Source: an uncultured Acidobacteriota bacterium
GTDB lineage: Bacteria; Acidobacteriota; Terriglobia; UBA7540
Assembly (NCBI GenBank): GCA_963804995.1
Contig: CAWDSK010000005.1
Coordinates: forward strand, 64,001 to 128,000
Length of the DNA stretch: 64,000 bases
Reading direction: 5' to 3'
Below, piece by piece: positions 59,762-64,000 of the stretch; the first letter of the stretch is position 1, and every line of letters starts with the position of its first letter. The notes below the pieces were generated by a model. That model made no database searches, was not told where the DNA came from, and saw only the letters and a list, made by a program, of their open reading frames with translations. Both the position numbers and the translations under genes were made by a program.

Positions 59762-59955
59762 GAAGCAACAACCCTCAGACGCGAAGCCGGCTCTGGGGCG
59801 CAGGGTGCTCGGCCCTACATGAACCACCGGCGCTTGCCGCTGGCGCATCGGGCAGGAGGAAAGCCCCCAGTCATGACGGGTTGTCCGCCATTAAGATAAG
59901 TTGACGTTCAGCCGCGGCGACACTGGGGTTATCCGCTTGCACCGACCTTATGGGG

Positions 59956-59984
59956 TTGACATGTGTAAGGTAACAGGCTACAGT
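59956..59984 (+). promoter_or_regulatory. higBA promoter, probably giving a leaderless mRNA
   Basis: TTGACA-N17-TACAGT, with the GTG start 7 nt downstream. Confidence 0.7.
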
Positions 59985-59991
59985 TGATCCG

Positions 59992-60282
59992 GTGAAAATA
60001 CGGAACTTCACCCACAAGGGCCTGAAAAGGCTCTACGAAGAAGACAGCTCCCAAGGGGTTTACCCCGACACGGTGGATAAGCTCCGTAAGATGCTGGCAT
60101 TTCTTGATGACATGCAAGACCCGGAGGAGTTGCGTTCGCTCTCGAGCTGGAAAGTTCACACGCTGACCGGCGACCGCAAGGGTACCTGGAGCCTGAGCGT
60201 CACCCGCAACCGGCGTTTGACGTTTTGCATCGACCGGGGGGAGCGCGAAATCTACGACCTGAATTTGGAAGACTATCACTAG
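59992..60282 (+). CDS. higB: HigB-family (RelE-like) toxin
   Basis: IRNFTHKGLKRLY, HTLTGDRKGTWSLSVTRNRRLTF, LEDYH. Confidence 0.93.
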   Translation: MKIRNFTHKGLKRLYEEDSSQGVYPDTVDKLRKMLAFLDDMQDPEELRSLSSWKVHTLTGDRKGTWSLSVTRNRRLTFCIDRGEREIYDLNLEDYH

Positions 60283-60301
60283 GACGGAGGAAGCAAACGC
60301 C

Positions 60302-60604
60302 ATGCCCATGAAGAACCCGCCCCATCCCGGAGATTTTATTCGGACGGAGATTATTGAGCCCGCGGGCCTGTCGGTGACCGCGGCAGCAGCGGCGCTGCAG
60401 ATTTCCCGGCCTACCCTGTCGAGCTTACTTAACGGCAAGGCCAGCCTTTCCGGAAACATGGCGCTGCGCGTTGAAAAAGCTTTTGGCGTGAAGATGGACA
60501 CGCTCCTGCGCATGCAAACCTCCTACGATATCGCCCAGACGCGCAAGCGCGAGAACCAGATCCATGTCCGGCGCATTCACCCGCTCGCCGAAATTTCCGC
60601 CTGA
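60302..60604 (+). CDS. higA: HigA-family antitoxin
   Basis: MKNPPHPG, MALRVEKAFG, MQTSYD. Confidence 0.93.
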   Translation: MPMKNPPHPGDFIRTEIIEPAGLSVTAAAAALQISRPTLSSLLNGKASLSGNMALRVEKAFGVKMDTLLRMQTSYDIAQTRKRENQIHVRRIHPLAEISA

Positions 60605-61033
60605 GCCTCGGCGGATAAGGTGGGGCTGGCGCGGTTTAAGGCAGTAAGCAGAAGGCAGTAGGCAGAAGTCGTAGCGGCGGGTTTACCCTGCCATTTTAGG
60701 CCACGCGATCGCGGGCAGGTTGGCGGGGTAAACCCGCCAAATTGCCCCCGGCAAAACTCCCCCCCTGATTTAGGAGGGGTGGCGCTCAGAGCGCCGGGGT
60801 GGTTATTCTCTTTAGCGCGTCCGCCGGAGGGCGAGCGGCGCTCGCCCTCAAATAACATAGGGCCGAATGGCATTCGGCCCAGGCCGAGCGCCGCTCGGCC
60901 CTACATGAACCACCGGCGCTTGCCGCTGGCGTTTCGGGCAGGAGAAAAGCCCACAGCCAGTCAAACCGCTGACTGGGGCCACCCGCTCCTTCAAGATTGA
61001 ACTTTTGGGGAACTCAGGGGGGCGCGCAAGCCT

Positions 61034-61309
61034 TTAGGGCCGGTCCTGAACGCCGTGATAAATCCGCAAGACTTCTATGCTCTGCTCCTTTACGCGATAG
61101 ACAGCGATGTAGGGCAGGGGAGGGAACAAAAGCTCCCGGGTTCCATCCTCACGTCCGAGCCGGCCACGATGCGGCCACTCCTTTAGGGATCGGATGGCGG
61201 CGTACATTTTACGCAGGGTCGGCTGCCGGTATTGTGGATGGTGGTCCTTCAGGTAATCGCTGATGTGCTGTAGGTCTGTCGCGGCGGCCGGGGTCCAGCG
61301 GATAAGCAT
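61034..61309 (-). CDS. ParE/RelE-family toxin
   Basis: IRWTPAAATDL, PHRGR, GTREL, PYIAVYRV, VLRIYHG. Confidence 0.9.
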   Translation of the reverse strand: MLIRWTPAAATDLQHISDYLKDHHPQYRQPTLRKMYAAIRSLKEWPHRGRLGREDGTRELLFPPLPYIAVYRVKEQSIEVLRIYHGVQDRP

Positions 61310-61311
61310 TC

Positions 61312-61536
61312 TTATGACCGCAGCATCTGCTCCAGGCGGGCGTCCATTTCCTCTTCCTCGATGAACTCGCCCCGGTCGGCCTGGGCAATACCCTGGCGCA
61401 CGGCGGCACGAAAGCGGGCTTCTTCCTCAAGGAGACGCACGGCGGCATCTTTCACCAACCGTTCGGCGTCGATGCCTTCCTGGGTGGCGATCTGCGCAAG
61501 CTGCGCTTCCTGCTCAGGGGTGAAATGTATTTCCAT
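61312..61536 (-). CDS. Cognate antitoxin (ParD/CopG-like)
   Basis: MEIHFTPEQEAQL...AVRQGIAQADRGEFIEEEEM; immediately upstream of the toxin. Confidence 0.85.
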   Translation of the reverse strand: MEIHFTPEQEAQLAQIATQEGIDAERLVKDAAVRLLEEEARFRAAVRQGIAQADRGEFIEEEEMDARLEQMLRS

Positions 61537-62065
61537 GACCCTCAGGATACGGGAAAACCCCACGTGTTGCAAGTTGCGCTGAGGTTCAGCGCGTTTAACT
61601 CGCCACTATCCACTATCTACTATCCACTGTTCTTCTGAGCTTCGCTTGCCGCTCGCGTATCGGTCAGGAGAAAAGCCTACTGTCAGGGCGGGTCGCCAGC
61701 CATTAAGATGGGCGGACTTTCAGCCGCGGCGACACTGTGGCCACCCACTCGAAAATCGAAACACATGGTTTGATTTCAGAGCATGGCAGAGGCTTTCCTC
61801 CGCAGCAGGGGGTAGCCACGGTCAACGTTCTAATGACCGTGGGCTTTTCTCATGCCCACTGCAATTGACCGCAAAATCCATCACCAAAGGAAGACCCATA
61901 GTCAGAACTGCACTGACTGTGGCTACCCGCCTGTGTAAAAGGGTACGATCGCAACCAAACTGAGCTGGGAAGTTCCAAAGCAACGCCGGGAGGTGTACAC
62001 TCAAGCCATTCGGGGTTCCGGCATGGAAATCAATACCCACCCCTGCGAACGTCGAGGACGAGAAT

Positions 62066-62662
62066 ATGAAAAAGTCGCTCACTTGGTTGATTAATACGGC
62101 GGTCGTCTACTTCATTTACTTGGGTTTACTCATTCCATTTTTGAACGAAGAACATTGGGCTATTGTGATCGTCGTCGGCGTTCCCTTCGCCATTTCGACG
62201 GCATATTTGTGGGAGCGTACTCGGCTAAGCGGAATTCTGCTTCGGACAGGTCTGCCCCATTGCGGGACAGTCGAAGCGGAGAAATTCCTTCTCAAAGACT
62301 CCAGCGGGAAAACACGAGCCGTCTTGGGCGTAACCGATTGTGGCCCAGGCCTTGATTTCTACGATACCAGCGGGGCACTGCGGGCATCGATGGGGCTGTT
62401 GAGGGAAATGCCAGGCTTTACGCTATCGGATAAAGAAGGGGCCTCGATGGTGCAGCTAACCGCTCTGGCAGATGGGCCCCATGTCGTGCTTTACGACGCA
62501 AACCATCAACTGAGAGCGGCGTTTGATGTGCTACCAAAAGGCCCGCGTTTGGAGCTATACGATCGTGAAGGTAACTCGCGAGGAAAGCTAACAGTGGTGG
62601 AGGGTGGAGCGCAATTTGGCTTGTTTGACGTCGAAGGGAAGGCGGTCTTTTCAGCACCTTGA
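62066..62662 (+). CDS. Membrane-anchored hypothetical protein with ~22-aa beta-repeats
   Basis: Two TM segments, then repeated GxxRAxLG...GPxLxLYD units. Confidence 0.75.
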   Translation: MKKSLTWLINTAVVYFIYLGLLIPFLNEEHWAIVIVVGVPFAISTAYLWERTRLSGILLRTGLPHCGTVEAEKFLLKDSSGKTRAVLGVTDCGPGLDFYDTSGALRASMGLLREMPGFTLSDKEGASMVQLTALADGPHVVLYDANHQLRAAFDVLPKGPRLELYDREGNSRGKLTVVEGGAQFGLFDVEGKAVFSAP

Positions 62663-62901
62663 CAGCCGTGCAGGGTGAAGACCGGCGGGCTGGCGCAGAC
62701 GGTCGGTTTTAACCGTCTGCGATCTCCTACAGGGACTGTCCTCTGGCACGGCATTGTCGCGGGTATAGTCTCCGGCAGTGTGCCGTTTTGCAAGCTGACC
62801 GAGTTGACCCGTCAGTTCCCACAACTCCCATCGGGAATCCGCACACCCCAGGAACAGGGATCTGCGCCAGGCACTGGGGGGAAAGCACAAGTATATAGAT
62901 C

Positions 62902-63873
62902 TCATTTCTCGCTTTCGCCAGCATGAGGGATCTTCGCAGCATCCTTTCCTGACGACGTTGACACATCACGGATTTTATACAGCCGCCGAAAGTCGAAGTG
63001 TTCGAGGATCGCTATCCGTGCCTCTTCGAAGAGGTCGGTGTCCGCGTTCGCCGCATGTATTGGCACGCTTAACTTTTCGTACCAGGACTTCAGTGAAGGC
63101 ATATGGTCGCGCTGTTTCTCTGGCAGCAGCGCTTGGTATGCGTCAAGGATTACCTCGCCTGTCTGCCTATCCTTGATTCCTGTTTGACGACGGCCAAATT
63201 GCTCGATAAACGTCCGCAAAAGGAACAAGCCAGCAAGGGTGTTCCCAGTTTGAGCGGCGACAATTGCCTCGCTAAACAGTCGCTTTTCGGTCTTCGGAAT
63301 ATAGTTTGGGACATCAACTTCTTCGAACGGCGAACGGCCAGCAATCGTCAGCTTCCAACCTCAACGTTCTATGAGAAAGGTAACAGGGGCCGATTTACAT
63401 GTCTCACACTGGTACGCCAGCACGAACATCTGAAAAAGGGGAGGAGGTAATGCGATGCGATGGTCACGACTATGACGCTCCATTATTCCGTCCGTTGCAT
63501 CCTTGTACCACGTCGGACTAAAGGTTTCACGCGTCTTGCAGGTCGAGCAATACAACTTGACGTTTTGCAAAATTAGTTCCAGGCGCAGGGCGGGTTTGGC
63601 CCCCGAACCGTTTGGTACCGTTGAGCTATCCTGCTCTGCGGGGGCGATTCGTTCTTCGCTTAGTTTCTTGGCAAATGTGTACAAAGCCTGCACGTGCGTC
63701 GTTAAAACAACGCTTTTCGAAACCTCGCTGAGAATCTCCGAAAAATCGACTGAGACAACATTCTGGTACAAGTGTCTCTCCTCAAGTAATAGCTTGAGTT
63801 GTCCTTTCATCGACTGGTTCACAGAACTCGCTAACAAGTATGTGGCCTCGGCATAATTGAGTGTAGCGACCAT
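62902..63873 (-). pseudogene. Zn-ribbon + DUF4145/HEPN-like gene with an in-frame TGA at 63361-63363
   Basis: The two track ORFs are in frame and joined by open codons (FLIER*GWKLTIAGRSPF...AGLFLLRTFIEQF); CSTC and CETC motifs. Confidence 0.7.
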
Positions 63874-64000
63874 CCTATTTCTCCCTAACCACGCATTAAC
63901 CGGGAGTATAACATTTTCCGTGTGGTGATACGCGCAGCGCGGACATGTTTTGCAGGTCCACGGCTCTCTGTTGCAGATTGGGGACAAACTCGTTTGGCCC

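Noticed and set aside
63361..63363. Selenocysteine codon
   Set aside because: Not in a Cys/redox motif and no convincing SECIS hairpin seen; a nonsense mutation is simpler.

Overview
GC-rich chromosomal segment, most likely from an Acidobacteriota (Terriglobia-like) bacterium; this is inferred from the Cys-rich N-terminal insertion in RpoB, the RpoC N-terminus MFRSSPY and the gene content. Core content: rpsA-HU/IHF-HIT; a UvrC-like gene and PBP1A; thiL; an M23 peptidase; the tRNA-Thr/Tyr/Gly/Thr-tuf-rpmG-tRNA-Trp-secE-nusG-rplKAJL-rpoBC cluster; gatCA, dciA, mreBCD, xerC-trmFO, an M20 peptidase and an OPT transporter. Accessory content: complete IS1634 and IS6-like elements, two MITE-like elements carrying IHF-consensus sites, several toxin-antitoxin and HEPN/DUF4145-like genes, many REP-like palindromes and heptamer repeats. 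Main observations: (1) five ~70-bp repeats at 58.5-59.6 kb with invariant TCAY-N16-WCCGATAA (sigma28-like) geometry; (2) a 71-aa RpoB insertion resembling a phage-structural-type module; (3) a ThiH/HydG-like radical SAM enzyme fused to a hemerythrin-like domain; (4) all six +1 frameshifts I found are explained by one extra A in CYCGA[A]Y, suggesting a DNA-modification-linked sequencing error; (5) a HEPN gene plus an unknown partner inserted between tRNA-Thr and tuf. All calls are by-eye motif recognition; no searches were run.
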